From assembly GCA_964384785.1 (NCBI GenBank), contig CAYLLH010000112.1, positions 1 through 63,029 on the forward strand: a DNA stretch of 63,029 nt, in the 5' to 3' direction. A program made the position numbers and the translations under genes. Below are positions 44,104-53,764 of the stretch, piece by piece. How positions within the stretch are numbered: the first letter of the stretch is position 1; every line of letters starts with the position of its first letter. This stretch comes from an uncultured Thermoplasmatales archaeon (GTDB lineage: Archaea > Thermoplasmatota > E2 > DHVEG-1). The notes under the pieces were generated by a model. It had not been told where the DNA came from. It saw only the letters and a list, made by a program, of their open reading frames with translations, and searched no databases.

Positions 44104-47100
44104 TTAAAAAACAATGATTGTTTTCAAGATTTTTATGCCAAACGCATCTTCTTCAAAGCTTTCGCCGTTAACTGTTACATTCACATTGATGTTTAACAAT
44201 GCAAACATTGAACTAATCTCATCTGTGTAAAAAGTTTTTTTACCATTTGCTTCTAGTAAATCAAAAGATGTTTCATTGCTAACATTTACTCTGCTTAAAA
44301 ACTTGCTTTTCACTGAGTAAACAATATTGATATTTTCATGTTCGTAATCATTGTCATTCTGGATTTCTACGGTTAGGTTGTTTTTATTTAGTAGTTTAAA
44401 ATTGATTTGTATCTCTGTTTCTGTGGTTGTTTCATCCGCTGTTGTAAAACTCCAAAAACCAGATACATCTTCAAGTTTTGAGTCAGTAACAATTGCATAC
44501 CAGCTGTATGTTGTGTTTGCTTCAAGTCCTTCCCATTTGAAGCTGTAGCTTCCATCTGATAAACCTGTTTTTTCATTAAGAACGTTGTAATCTCCATCAT
44601 AAAAAGTTAAATCCATCAGATCTCCATCTGGATCAGAGATACTAACTTGTAGGTTTGCACTATGCTTGGATGTTAATGTGGCACCATCCTCTGGTTTCTC
44701 ATTTACGATTTCTGGAGGATTATTAATATCATCATTTGTAACAGTTAAATCTATGCTGAAAACACTGTTTCCGCCGTTAGAGTTTATAATTATGTCTTCA
44801 TGATATTCTCCAACTGTTAAACCAGTGGTATCAACTTCAACATCTATTGTATCATGTTCACCTGTTGAATCTCCATTTTCTGGTGTTACTGTTAACCAAT
44901 CCTCTGATTCGGAAAGAGTGTAGCTGAGTGTTCCTGTTCCACTGTTCCAGATTTCAAAATTTGTACTGCGGATGTTACCTGGGTTCATTTCTCCAAAATC
45001 ATGTGAATCGGGGTTGAAACTTAATGCTGCTGTAACACCTGCATCATCTGGAGCAAATGTTTTAAACATACAATCTCGTTCGGTGTCAACATTCCAATCC
45101 TCGGATCCTGTTTTTCTTAGATAAACATCTCCTTGTTCATAGAAATTATTATATGTAAAACCCCAAAGGTATGAACTCGCTATGCTACCTGGATTTACTG
45201 TCTCAATTTTTGCTATGATGTAGTAAGGTTCGCCTATGTTTAATTGTACATCATCAAAATCAACTGTTACCCAGCTGAATTCTTCATCGATTTGAGTTGG
45301 TGAAAAGGTTACTGTATCAACAATTGTTCCATCTATGCTTCCTTCTCTAAGTTCTATTATTAGATTAGATTTTGGCTTTGATTTACATAGATACAGATCA
45401 ATACTATCCAAAGGTGTCATTGTTGGTATGAATTCTTGACCAACATCGCAGTCTCCACCTATCTGGAATCCCTGATCATATACAACCTGTAGTTGATCTA
45501 ATTCTCTATCGTTATCAGGGTCTGCAGATGGAACTCCTTTAGTGGTAAAACTAAAAGCTCTTGATTGAGTGGTGAATATGTCGTCATCGGCTACAGCATA
45601 CCAGCTGTATTTTTTTCCCTCACATAGATTATCCCATTTTACTGTTGCTCTTCCTCCATCAAGTACGTTTTCATCAACACCAATAACACTGTCATCTGAA
45701 GCATCATAGAATGTAACTCTCATGCTGTTTCCATCAGGATCTGATACCTCTACACTTAGTTCAACAGGAAGTTCAACATTTTCTGCGTTTTGAACAGGGT
45801 TTGGGTTATCTGGTCTGTTGGGTGCTTGACCATATTTCAATGTTAGAATCGGAGGTGCAGCTGGATGAAATACATCAGGAACGCGGTTTGCAAATTTCAT
45901 AACAGAGTAATCGTTATTGCCGACTTCTATACCTTCTATATCTTGGCTACTTCTCAAGCATAGTTTTGTCATACCATTTTTTGTTATCCAATTTAGTCCA
46001 TCGTTGCTTAAATCAAACTCGGTGTAACTTGCACTTTCAAAATCAGAGGTTGATATTCGTCCTCCATCGCCATGATAATTGGTTCTATCATAATCATAAG
46101 CACTGGTTTCTCCCCAGTAAACATTGCCTTCTAATCCAAAATACCAAGGATATGGATAGTTATTAGGATCCCATCCGGCTATATCGTGAGGATGAGGTAG
46201 TCCTCTGTATTGTGGATGAGATGGTTGACCATTTTGTATTACAATATCAAAAACTGTATCAGGTGTATTTAGGCTGTACAAAGAAAGAGCTCCTGCACCA
46301 ATTTCTGCATTAGAAGGTATGTCAGTCGTGTTGAAATATAAAAATGAACGGTAGATGTCTATTTTGTTTGTTGCTGTACGTCTTATAGTTTGACCTACAT
46401 TAAAACTTGAACTTGAATAACCACATCCTCTTTGAAGATCTCTTGCTTCATCATAATCCATGAGATATCTACTAGTGGTCATGCATTCTTCTGTTGTAGA
46501 AATTATTCTATAAACAGTTTCAATTTTTAAAATAACTTCCCCATTTCCACCATTTGTATTGATTTTAACAGGAGTATTATAGTTGCCGCAACCCGTCATT
46601 TTTGAAGTATCAATCTCAACTGTTACTATGTCTTTTTCTCCTGTTGAAATACCAGAGGTTGGTGAAAAAGAAATCCAATCTGATTCTGTTGACATGCTCC
46701 AATCTAGCTGTGTGTCTCTTCCTAATTTATTCCAAATATTGAAACTGGTTGATATCTTATCACCAATGTCTTTTCTACCAAGGTTTAAAACTTTAGGGCT
46801 ATATGCTAATACTGCTCCAACTCCAACGTTAAGAGTAAACTTGTCATTTCCGCCATTGGATTCAATAGATATCTCACAAGTATGCCATCCGTTTGAAACA
46901 CCTGTTGTATCAATATCAATTGTTATTTTATCATGTTCACCTGTTGAAGTACCATCTGTTTCTGAAAGAGTTATCCAATCAAAATCAGGATTTTTAGATA
47001 GATGATAATTTAAAGTTTCAACTCCACTATTCCATATTTCAAAAGATCTTTTAGCTTGTTCTCCTTCTTTTAAGCATACATCATCAGATTCTGGTGTGAA

Positions 47101-48747
47101 AGATAAAACAGTTCCAATTGTTAGATCGATTTTAAATGTTTCACTTCCTAACCCCTCTGTAATTATTAAGATATTACTTTTATATGATCCATTAAGAAGC
47201 CCGTTAGTATTAATGGTTACAGTTATTTCTTCGACTTCATTTTTTATTAATGTACCATGGTTTGGTGATACTGAGATCCAATCTTGATCTGCTTGAATAT
47301 AAAAATCTAAACTAGAACGATCAGTCCATATCTCAAAAGTTGTAGAAGCAGCTTCTCCTTGTTCTAATCTGGCTTCATAGTTTTCTGGAGTAAGTTCAAA
47401 AATTGATGGAGTTCCTTCTAAGCATTTTTGAGCATTGATTCTACCTGAACCTACATATTGATCGGTATTTATGTTATCGGTGTTTTCTACTAATATTGTT
47501 TTAACTTCATTGTTGGGTAGAGTTGGATCTTTGGTTAATATCAGTGCAGCTAAACCTGATACGTGTGGACAAGCCATGGATGTACCAGAATAACTTCCAT
47601 AGTTATCATTTCTGAGTGTTGATAAAATACTAACTCCTGGTGCAGCTAGATCAACCCAATTTCCATAGTTTGAAAAATGTGCTCTGTCGTCATTTTGATC
47701 AGTAGCTGCTACAGCTATTACTTTATCAAAACCAGCAGGATAGTGTTTTGCATTTGTATCTGAGTTTCCTGCTGCGGCAACAATAACAACATCTTTTGAA
47801 TAAGCATAATCTACGGCATCTTCCATTACTTGACTGTATCCTCCGCCTAAACTCATGCTTATAACGTCGGCACCATTATTTGCAGCATAATTAATTGCTT
47901 GTGATACTGTTTGTGAACTTCCGCTACCAGAAGCGCTTAGACATTTAACGGGCATGATTGATACATCCCAGGATACACCACTTATACCTAAATTGTTATT
48001 TCCAATTGCACCAATTATACCTGCGCAATGTGTACCATGATTGTGATCATCCATTGGATCATCATCGTTATTTATGAAATCATATCCTGAAATACAATTA
48101 GCCGCTAGATCAGGATGATTGTAATCGACACCTGTATCTACTACGGCTACGACGACTTCTGAACTACCTGTTTCTATATCCCAAGCTTCGGGTGCATCAA
48201 TGTCGCAATCATTATTTTGGTTTAAACTCCATTGTGAACTAAAACGTGGGTCATTAGGAACGTTATAGATATTGTATTCATAATTTGGTTCAGCATATTC
48301 AACATAATCTAAATTTTGATAGTCGTTAATCAATGACATCATATCGTTTTCTTTAGAGAATGTTAGTTTGTAATGATTTGATAGATATTCAGAATTGTCT
48401 GAATTGATGAATAATTTTTCTTGAGAAACAGCATTGTATTTTGTGTTAAGAGAATCAAGAGAAGGGATGCCTGTATTAAATGTATCATAAAACGAACCGT
48501 TTTTATTTATTTCAAAATTTTCTTTGAATTTAATTATTAAATTGTCAGGGACATAGTTTAAGTCGTTTTCATCATTGTAAGTATGAAAATTGTATTCTGT
48601 ATTTGTATTATATTTTTCGGATTCATCTTCGTTAGATGTGGTTGTGTTTCCTGTTACTGTGGAAAATGATGTTATTAAAAGAGCTGTTGTTATTAATATT
48701 ATTAAAATTTTCTTTTTTGTTTTATTTTTTATTATTCTTTCATCCAT
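44104..48747 (-). CDS. Giant secreted subtilisin-like (S8) serine protease with repeated Ig/BACON-like and Fn3-like modules
   Basis: 1547 aa.
- Signal peptide and an I9-like propeptide.
- Catalytic contexts 'VAVVDTGVD', 'HGTHCAGIIGA', 'SGTSMACPHVSG'.
- Four ~95-aa repeats with the pattern 'F.IWN.G...L.Y.LS...DW..vsP..G.STGE.D.I.v.iDT.G...G.Y...I.I.SNGGN'.
- Two ~92-aa repeats with the pattern 'SDPDG..M..TFYD......Y.W..L...T.YSWYA...D......FSFTT'. Confidence 0.9.
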   Translation of the reverse strand: MDERIIKNKTKKKILIILITTALLITSFSTVTGNTTTSNEDESEKYNTNTEYNFHTYNDENDLNYVPDNLIIKFKENFEINKNGSFYDTFNTGIPSLDSLNTKYNAVSQEKLFINSDNSEYLSNHYKLTFSKENDMMSLINDYQNLDYVEYAEPNYEYNIYNVPNDPRFSSQWSLNQNNDCDIDAPEAWDIETGSSEVVVAVVDTGVDYNHPDLAANCISGYDFINNDDDPMDDHNHGTHCAGIIGAIGNNNLGISGVSWDVSIMPVKCLSASGSGSSQTVSQAINYAANNGADVISMSLGGGYSQVMEDAVDYAYSKDVVIVAAAGNSDTNAKHYPAGFDKVIAVAATDQNDDRAHFSNYGNWVDLAAPGVSILSTLRNDNYGSYSGTSMACPHVSGLAALILTKDPTLPNNEVKTILVENTDNINTDQYVGSGRINAQKCLEGTPSIFELTPENYEARLEQGEAASTTFEIWTDRSSLDFYIQADQDWISVSPNHGTLIKNEVEEITVTINTNGLLNGSYKSNILIITEGLGSETFKIDLTIGTVLSFTPESDDVCLKEGEQAKRSFEIWNSGVETLNYHLSKNPDFDWITLSETDGTSTGEHDKITIDIDTTGVSNGWHTCEISIESNGGNDKFTLNVGVGAVLAYSPKVLNLGRKDIGDKISTSFNIWNKLGRDTQLDWSMSTESDWISFSPTSGISTGEKDIVTVEIDTSKMTGCGNYNTPVKINTNGGNGEVILKIETVYRIISTTEECMTTSRYLMDYDEARDLQRGCGYSSSSFNVGQTIRRTATNKIDIYRSFLYFNTTDIPSNAEIGAGALSLYSLNTPDTVFDIVIQNGQPSHPQYRGLPHPHDIAGWDPNNYPYPWYFGLEGNVYWGETSAYDYDRTNYHGDGGRISTSDFESASYTEFDLSNDGLNWITKNGMTKLCLRSSQDIEGIEVGNNDYSVMKFANRVPDVFHPAAPPILTLKYGQAPNRPDNPNPVQNAENVELPVELSVEVSDPDGNSMRVTFYDASDDSVIGVDENVLDGGRATVKWDNLCEGKKYSWYAVADDDIFTTQSRAFSFTTKGVPSADPDNDRELDQLQVVYDQGFQIGGDCDVGQEFIPTMTPLDSIDLYLCKSKPKSNLIIELREGSIDGTIVDTVTFSPTQIDEEFSWVTVDFDDVQLNIGEPYYIIAKIETVNPGSIASSYLWGFTYNNFYEQGDVYLRKTGSEDWNVDTERDCMFKTFAPDDAGVTAALSFNPDSHDFGEMNPGNIRSTNFEIWNSGTGTLSYTLSESEDWLTVTPENGDSTGEHDTIDVEVDTTGLTVGEYHEDIIINSNGGNSVFSIDLTVTNDDINNPPEIVNEKPEDGATLTSKHSANLQVSISDPDGDLMDLTFYDGDYNVLNEKTGLSDGSYSFKWEGLEANTTYSWYAIVTDSKLEDVSGFWSFTTADETTTETEIQINFKLLNKNNLTVEIQNDNDYEHENINIVYSVKSKFLSRVNVSNETSFDLLEANGKKTFYTDEISSMFALLNINVNVTVNGESFEEDAFGIKILKTIIVF

Positions 48748-49054
48748 ATTTTACACCTCTATATATCTTTAAATAATATATACTAATATATTTATATTTT
48801 TTCCTTATTTTATATTATTTTATACTTTTTTTACCCCATATTCTAAGTTATTTGTTTTTTTGATAGTTTGCTTGATATATAGATAATTTAGATGGTCCCA
48901 TTTTTTATATTTGTTAGAGTTAAATTATCTGGATATGCTTAGTAATCTCGCAGTTTTTTAGTCTTATATTATGTTCTGTTGATTAAAATATATAAATCCT
49001 TATATAAAAATGATAGTTTCAAGCAATAATTACAAAAAAAATTATGAAAAAATA

Positions 49055-49717
49055 TTAAGATATCCTAATTATTTTTTGAACAAGTTTTTCAATACCAGTT
49101 GCTACTTCAGCAATATTTTTACCTATAGTATAAGCAGGTGTACTAACAATTTTGTTAACCTCGTCATAACAAATCTCGCCAACTAATCTTTCCTCAGGGA
49201 TTCCATTCATGTTTTTCACAGCAGCCATAAGGTCTTCTTCATTTCCAACTGTAACCCTTGGTTTAATATTAGAATCACGTAGTGCTCGAGCGACCAACAA
49301 AGGAGAAATACAAATCGCTCCAATAGGTTTCCCAGCTTCTATTGTATCCAAAATAGTTTTTTCAACCACAGGATCAATATCACATTTTACTCCATCTACA
49401 GCATAAGTAAATAGATTTTTAGCAACACCAAGACCACCTGGAAAAATTACTGCATCAAAATCATCTGGTTTATACTTTTTTAAATCCTTAATTTCTCCTC
49501 GAGCAATCCTAGCAGCCTCGGTCAACATATTCCTCTCATTGTTTTTCATAACACTGTTATCGGTGTGATTAATCACATGATACTGATTTTTATCTGGTGC
49601 AAAACAAACATAGTCAGCATTGTTACGTTTTATAGTAAGCAATGTTACAACTGACTCATGAATTTCACTGCCATCTTTAACACCTGATCCAGCTAAAACT
49701 ACAGCTATTTTCTTCAA
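49055..49717 (-). CDS. elbB: ElbB-type DJ-1/PfpI-superfamily protein (glyoxalase ElbB-like)
   Basis: 220 aa. 'MKKIAVVLAGSGVKDGSEIHESVVTLL...VCFAPDKNQYHVINH' closely parallels the E. coli ElbB N-terminus as I remember it. Confidence 0.8.
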   Translation of the reverse strand: MKKIAVVLAGSGVKDGSEIHESVVTLLTIKRNNADYVCFAPDKNQYHVINHTDNSVMKNNERNMLTEAARIARGEIKDLKKYKPDDFDAVIFPGGLGVAKNLFTYAVDGVKCDIDPVVEKTILDTIEAGKPIGAICISPLLVARALRDSNIKPRVTVGNEEDLMAAVKNMNGIPEERLVGEICYDEVNKIVSTPAYTIGKNIAEVATGIEKLVQKIIRIS

Positions 49718-49825
49718 AAAATTTCAAACCTCCATTTTTTTTGTTATAAAAAACATGTTATTTATATTTTAAACAAAAAAAGAATTAAGATAAATTTATT
49801 ACCATTTAAAACATTAAAAATTTCT

Positions 49826-50335
49826 ATGTCCTGTGAAAAAGAAAATGAAATAAAAATATGTTCCATTGAAGAACTTTCATCTCTTCTTGCAAGAGCCTAC
49901 TGGGTTGAAGCACAACTAGAACAAGCCATGCAATGGGAAGCATACATGACTGTTAAAGAAAAATTCAGAGAACCACTTTTTAGGATATCTCATGATTCGG
50001 AAAAACACAAAACAATTGTTAAAAAAATCTGTGAAAACATTAAAGGTTTAGATCTAGAAAAAACACTAAAAGAATCGGGTCTTAGCAAACGAGAGTTCGA
50101 TTTCAAAGGAAAATGGGATGAAGAAATAATAAATGAATTACTAAAAAACGAACATCTAGTAAAAGACACATATACCAAACTATACGAACATACAGATAGG
50201 AATTTTATAGAAAAACATTGGAATGATGACAATCCTGATAGTTATTTCAAAAAATTAAATTGGCTAATAAATCAAGAAAAGCAACATGTTGAAATTTTGA
50301 CACCATTTGTAGGAAAAATTGAAAGGATTCTTTAA
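49826..50335 (+). CDS. Ferritin-like four-helix-bundle protein (tentative)
   Basis: 169 aa. Paired ExxH motifs 'DSEKHK' and 'QEKQHV', plus 'EAQLEQA' and 'NEHLVKD' helices. Confidence 0.4.
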   Translation: MSCEKENEIKICSIEELSSLLARAYWVEAQLEQAMQWEAYMTVKEKFREPLFRISHDSEKHKTIVKKICENIKGLDLEKTLKESGLSKREFDFKGKWDEEIINELLKNEHLVKDTYTKLYEHTDRNFIEKHWNDDNPDSYFKKLNWLINQEKQHVEILTPFVGKIERIL

Positions 50336-50342
50336 AAAAAAT

Positions 50343-51530
50343 TTATTTTTCTTTTTTCTTTTTGTTTCTTATAAAAAGGATATTAATAACTAGGATAAAT
50401 GCTGCAATAAAGAAGATTGCTGAAAGACCCAGAAATGATAAATCAAAACTGTATTTATCAGCTATAAATCCTATCACAGATGATGAGGGGCTAGCTAGAA
50501 GGATTAGCATTGAGCGATAAAAACCAAGTTTTCCAGCTCTTCCCTTTTCTTCGAATTGATCCATTAAATATGATGATATTATAGGAAAAATAGCAGTAGA
50601 AAGTGCAAGAACAGGGCAAATTAGAAAAATAAGCCATAACTGATTACTGTATACTAAAGCAAGAGTTCCTAATCCTGTAAGAACTGTTAGAAATAAAATT
50701 ATTATGTTTTTATCAAACCTGTCAGATAGAGAACCCATGATTGGTTTAAAAATAAAACCACCAATTCCCAGTATTGCAAGAGCAATACCTGCGAGTAGTC
50801 CATCAAAACCAGGTTTGTCAACTATTAGATATGGTTGAAAAAAAGACATATAACTAATCCATGTGATTGCTATAAGTAGATTTACAACAAAAATAACTAT
50901 TATTTCTTTGTTTTTAAAAACACTGACTCCATCATAGACTCTTTCTCTAATTGATATACTTTCTGGAAGCTTGGTTGATTCCTCGGTTCCTTTGTAAAAT
51001 AAAAAAATTCCAAATATACATACAAATCCCCACAAAAAGAAGAAACTACGCCAATCATAAAAGCTTGCTATTGCTGCTGCAAACATCGGAACAATATAAG
51101 CAAGAGACCCGGCACTAGCACGTATACCTAGTGCTTTCCCACGGTTTTTTTTGAAGATATCTGTGATCATAGATATCCCAACAGAGGGGTAACCACCGGT
51201 TCCAGCTCCAAGCAAAATCAAGGCGAAAAGAAACATGAAATAATGAATTGAAAAACCCACAAGAAAATAGGAAACTGAGAATACCACCATTGCAAGGATT
51301 ATACTTATCTTTCGTCCTTTTATATCTGAAAAAATACCAGAGGGAAATTGTAATAATGCATAGAAAAGCCACATAGCAGTTAGTGCAAAACCTGCTGCGG
51401 TCCAACTGAAATCGAGGTCATTTGCAATTTGTGGCAATAAATTAGATATACTGTAACGTCCTGAGAGTATCAGAAACCAGGCAAGAGATATACAACAAAG
51501 AGCAAGATGTTCCTTTTTGATCTTTTTCAT
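50343..51530 (-). CDS. MFS transporter
   Basis: 395 aa with 12 TM helices. 'FPSGIFSDIKGRK' is the loop 2-3 motif. Confidence 0.85.
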   Translation of the reverse strand: MKKIKKEHLALCCISLAWFLILSGRYSISNLLPQIANDLDFSWTAAGFALTAMWLFYALLQFPSGIFSDIKGRKISIILAMVVFSVSYFLVGFSIHYFMFLFALILLGAGTGGYPSVGISMITDIFKKNRGKALGIRASAGSLAYIVPMFAAAIASFYDWRSFFFLWGFVCIFGIFLFYKGTEESTKLPESISIRERVYDGVSVFKNKEIIVIFVVNLLIAITWISYMSFFQPYLIVDKPGFDGLLAGIALAILGIGGFIFKPIMGSLSDRFDKNIIILFLTVLTGLGTLALVYSNQLWLIFLICPVLALSTAIFPIISSYLMDQFEEKGRAGKLGFYRSMLILLASPSSSVIGFIADKYSFDLSFLGLSAIFFIAAFILVINILFIRNKKKKEK

Positions 51531-51595
51531 ATTTATCCAATTAAGAGGGTTGTGAAAGAGATATGCTATAAATTTTTTTCGGATATTTTTTAATA

Positions 51596-51630
51596 TTTGA
51601 GGATTTTTGGTCTATAAATTTTATATATAA
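51596..51630 (+). promoter_or_regulatory. Secretome promoter module, copy 5
   Basis: 'TGAGGATTTTTGGTCTATAAATTTTATATAT'. TGAGGA at 51598, GGTGAT Shine-Dalgarno at 51650, ATG at 51662. Confidence 0.6.
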
Positions 51631-51661
51631 ATATATTTATAAATAAAAATGGTGATATTAG

Positions 51662-52264
51662 ATGAAAGAGTTGAATAGAAGATATGTTATATTTTTTGGA
51701 ATGGTTGTGATTTTGTTTTTGTTGGTTGTTTCATACTCTACTGCAATAAATTTGACAAAAGAATGTAACGAAAAAAAAATAGATATAGAAAATAATGATA
51801 AGGTTATTGATGAAAATATATGTTTAACAAAAACTAAATTACCTTTGTTAAAAATTGCAGCAAATCAAGTAAAAGATAATGATTTTAAAACTGGAATATG
51901 CTCAATTATTGAAATAATTGAAGAAAAAGGTTATATTAGCTCTACTGAAGTCAAGCATCTACTTGGTGGATCAGGGGGAATATATAGTGGTAGAATATCC
52001 TTTTCTGCATATTATAATGCTAAGGCAATTGGTTTCCCTGGTCTTTTATTTAATGGTGGCCCTTGGGTTGTTGTAGGTTGGTCTGCAAGAAGCGATGCTC
52101 AGGATATATATGGTCAGTATGGATTCTCAGGTGTATATGATAGTCCGCATAGAGGATTTGCAGTTGGTATCGGTACTTGGGAATATGATTATTACATTGA
52201 TAGCGGTTGGAATTTTGATGCGTCTGTTTATGGTTTTAGTCCTCTAATATTAATATTTGCATAG
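51662..52264 (+). CDS. Small secreted protein, family A (paralogue of 52411..52989)
   Basis: 200 aa. Signal ending 'YSTAI'. Blocks shared with the paralogue: 'LTKTKLPLLKIA', 'GGIYSGRI', 'GFPG', 'PHRGFA', 'GTWEY'. Confidence 0.65.
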   Translation: MKELNRRYVIFFGMVVILFLLVVSYSTAINLTKECNEKKIDIENNDKVIDENICLTKTKLPLLKIAANQVKDNDFKTGICSIIEIIEEKGYISSTEVKHLLGGSGGIYSGRISFSAYYNAKAIGFPGLLFNGGPWVVVGWSARSDAQDIYGQYGFSGVYDSPHRGFAVGIGTWEYDYYIDSGWNFDASVYGFSPLILIFA

Positions 52265-52344
52265 ATAAAAAAGTAATTTCATATATAGTTGTTTAAATCT
52301 GAATATAAATAGATTATATTCTAAAAAATAATTACTTATTTTTT

Positions 52345-52380
52345 TATGTGGAATATTGTTCTATAAAGCTTAAATATATA
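52345..52380 (+). promoter_or_regulatory. Secretome promoter module, copy 6
   Basis: 'TGTGGAATATTGTTCTATAAAGCTTAAATAT'. TGTGGA at 52347. A GGTGAT Shine-Dalgarno site precedes ATG 52411. Confidence 0.55.
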
Positions 52381-52410
52381 TTAAATAAAAAATATAAATG
52401 GTGATATTCG

Positions 52411-52989
52411 ATGAATAAAAAAATGATGACCTTGCTCATCATATCAATCATTGCAGTAATCTTATTAGCCCCATACTCAACTGCAATAAAAATACCAAAA
52501 GAAAAAGAAAACAACTTAATAGAAACCGAAAGAAATATAGAAAAAAATAGTTTTTTAACAAAATCAAAAATTCCGTTACTAAAATTAGCACAAATCCAAA
52601 CAAATGATAATCAACTAAAAGAAAAATTATCAACAATAATAGAAAAAATAGAAACAGATGGTTATGCAAGTTCCTCATTAATAAAAAAAGTAATGGGAAA
52701 AAATGGCGGTATTTACAGCGGAAAAATACAACTATATGCTACTAATAATGCAGGTATACGCGGATTTCCTGGAAGTTTATTAAGAAAAGGATTCTGTTGG
52801 CTTTTTTTATCTTGGGATGCTCCAAATGTTTGTTCAATTGATGCTCAATATGGAAGAGCAAACTATGATGATGTACCGCATAAAGGTATAGCACTTTTGG
52901 GTTTTGGACATTGGGAATTCTTCAAATATAATGGTGCAAATTTTGACGTACAAATCAATGGAATAAGTTCACTAATAATTATATATTAA
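52411..52989 (+). CDS. Small secreted protein, family A (paralogue of 51662..52264)
   Basis: 192 aa. 'YSTAI', 'LTKSKIPLLKLA', 'GGIYSGKI', 'GFPG', 'PHKGIA', 'GHWEF'. Confidence 0.65.
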   Translation: MNKKMMTLLIISIIAVILLAPYSTAIKIPKEKENNLIETERNIEKNSFLTKSKIPLLKLAQIQTNDNQLKEKLSTIIEKIETDGYASSSLIKKVMGKNGGIYSGKIQLYATNNAGIRGFPGSLLRKGFCWLFLSWDAPNVCSIDAQYGRANYDDVPHKGIALLGFGHWEFFKYNGANFDVQINGISSLIIIY

Positions 52990-53048
52990 TAATAGTAACC
53001 ATTCTTTTTCCATTCATTTTTTTTTCGGATTCTTTTATCTTGAGGATT

Positions 53049-53083
53049 TTTGGTCTATAAGTCTTATATATATGACTTTTATA
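53049..53083 (+). promoter_or_regulatory. Secretome promoter module, copy 7
   Basis: 'TGAGGATTTTTGGTCTATAAGTCTTATATAT'. TGAGGA at 53051. A GGTGAT Shine-Dalgarno site precedes ATG 53105. Confidence 0.6.
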
Positions 53084-53104
53084 AATAAATATGGTGATAT
53101 ATAG

Positions 53105-53677
53105 ATGAAAACTAGATTTAAAAAATATATTTTGATGTTAAGTGTTTTATTATCAGTTACTTTAATGGTTTCAACCTCAACGGCTGTACAACAAACACAA
53201 AGTAAGCAAGTAATGAACTCAATTGAAGAAAAAGAAATAAAAAAAATAGATGAAAAATCAAAAACAACGGCTAATTTGGAAGAATTTAAATCATTTAATT
53301 TTGATGATTTAGAAAATATAAAAAAATCTAAAATCACTCCAATCTTAGATTTTCTAATAAAACTTTTTGAAAATATGAATCCTCAACCAGAAGGTGGTTT
53401 TTTATATATGGTTTGTTCCATTTGTTTAAGCTTATTATATGATATTAAAGATATTTGGGAAGATACTGGCGGAATAGTAGATTTATTTGAAATTTTTATT
53501 GATTTAATACAGTTTACTATCACTCTGTTTCTTTTAATACCATTATTCATCTGTAAATCGATAATAAAAGTGTTTCAAGCTATATTTGGTGTTTTCCTGC
53601 TTATATTTGCAGGATTCTTAGCTGCAATATATTGGATATTAGAAGCAATTTTTGGTGGAGCACTCTTCCAACAATAA
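53105..53677 (+). CDS. Small signal-peptide protein with acidic linker and hydrophobic multi-helix C-terminus, family B
   Basis: 190 aa. Signal 'LMLSVLLSVTLMVSTSTAVQQ', a K/E-rich middle, and a C-terminal ~90 aa of TM-like helices. Confidence 0.6.
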   Translation: MKTRFKKYILMLSVLLSVTLMVSTSTAVQQTQSKQVMNSIEEKEIKKIDEKSKTTANLEEFKSFNFDDLENIKKSKITPILDFLIKLFENMNPQPEGGFLYMVCSICLSLLYDIKDIWEDTGGIVDLFEIFIDLIQFTITLFLLIPLFICKSIIKVFQAIFGVFLLIFAGFLAAIYWILEAIFGGALFQQ

Positions 53678-53697
53678 AAATTTTTCTTCTTTTTTTC

Positions 53698-53733
53698 TTT
53701 GTGGAATCTTGGTCTATAAACAATAAATATTAA
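53698..53733 (+). promoter_or_regulatory. Secretome promoter module, copy 8
   Basis: 'TGTGGAATCTTGGTCTATAAACAATAAATAT'. TGTGGA at 53700. An AGGTGAT Shine-Dalgarno site precedes ATG 53765. Confidence 0.55.
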
Positions 53734-53764
53734 TTTCTGCTTTTCAGAAAAACAGGTGATTTAG

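Noticed and set aside
46583-47005. 140-aa + strand ORF (plus several 60-70-aa ones) inside the subtilase gene
   Set aside because: It is antisense to a 1547-aa ORF with unmistakable S8 motifs. The sequence is low-complexity with no start context, so it is a shadow ORF.
30619-53733. Could the repeated ~31-nt element be a CRISPR array or a MITE family?
   Set aside because: The copies are 200 bp to 14 kb apart, all in promoter position and in one orientation. They have no regular spacer length and no terminal inverted repeats. Their content is a TATA box plus an upstream box, so they are regulatory rather than CRISPR or mobile.
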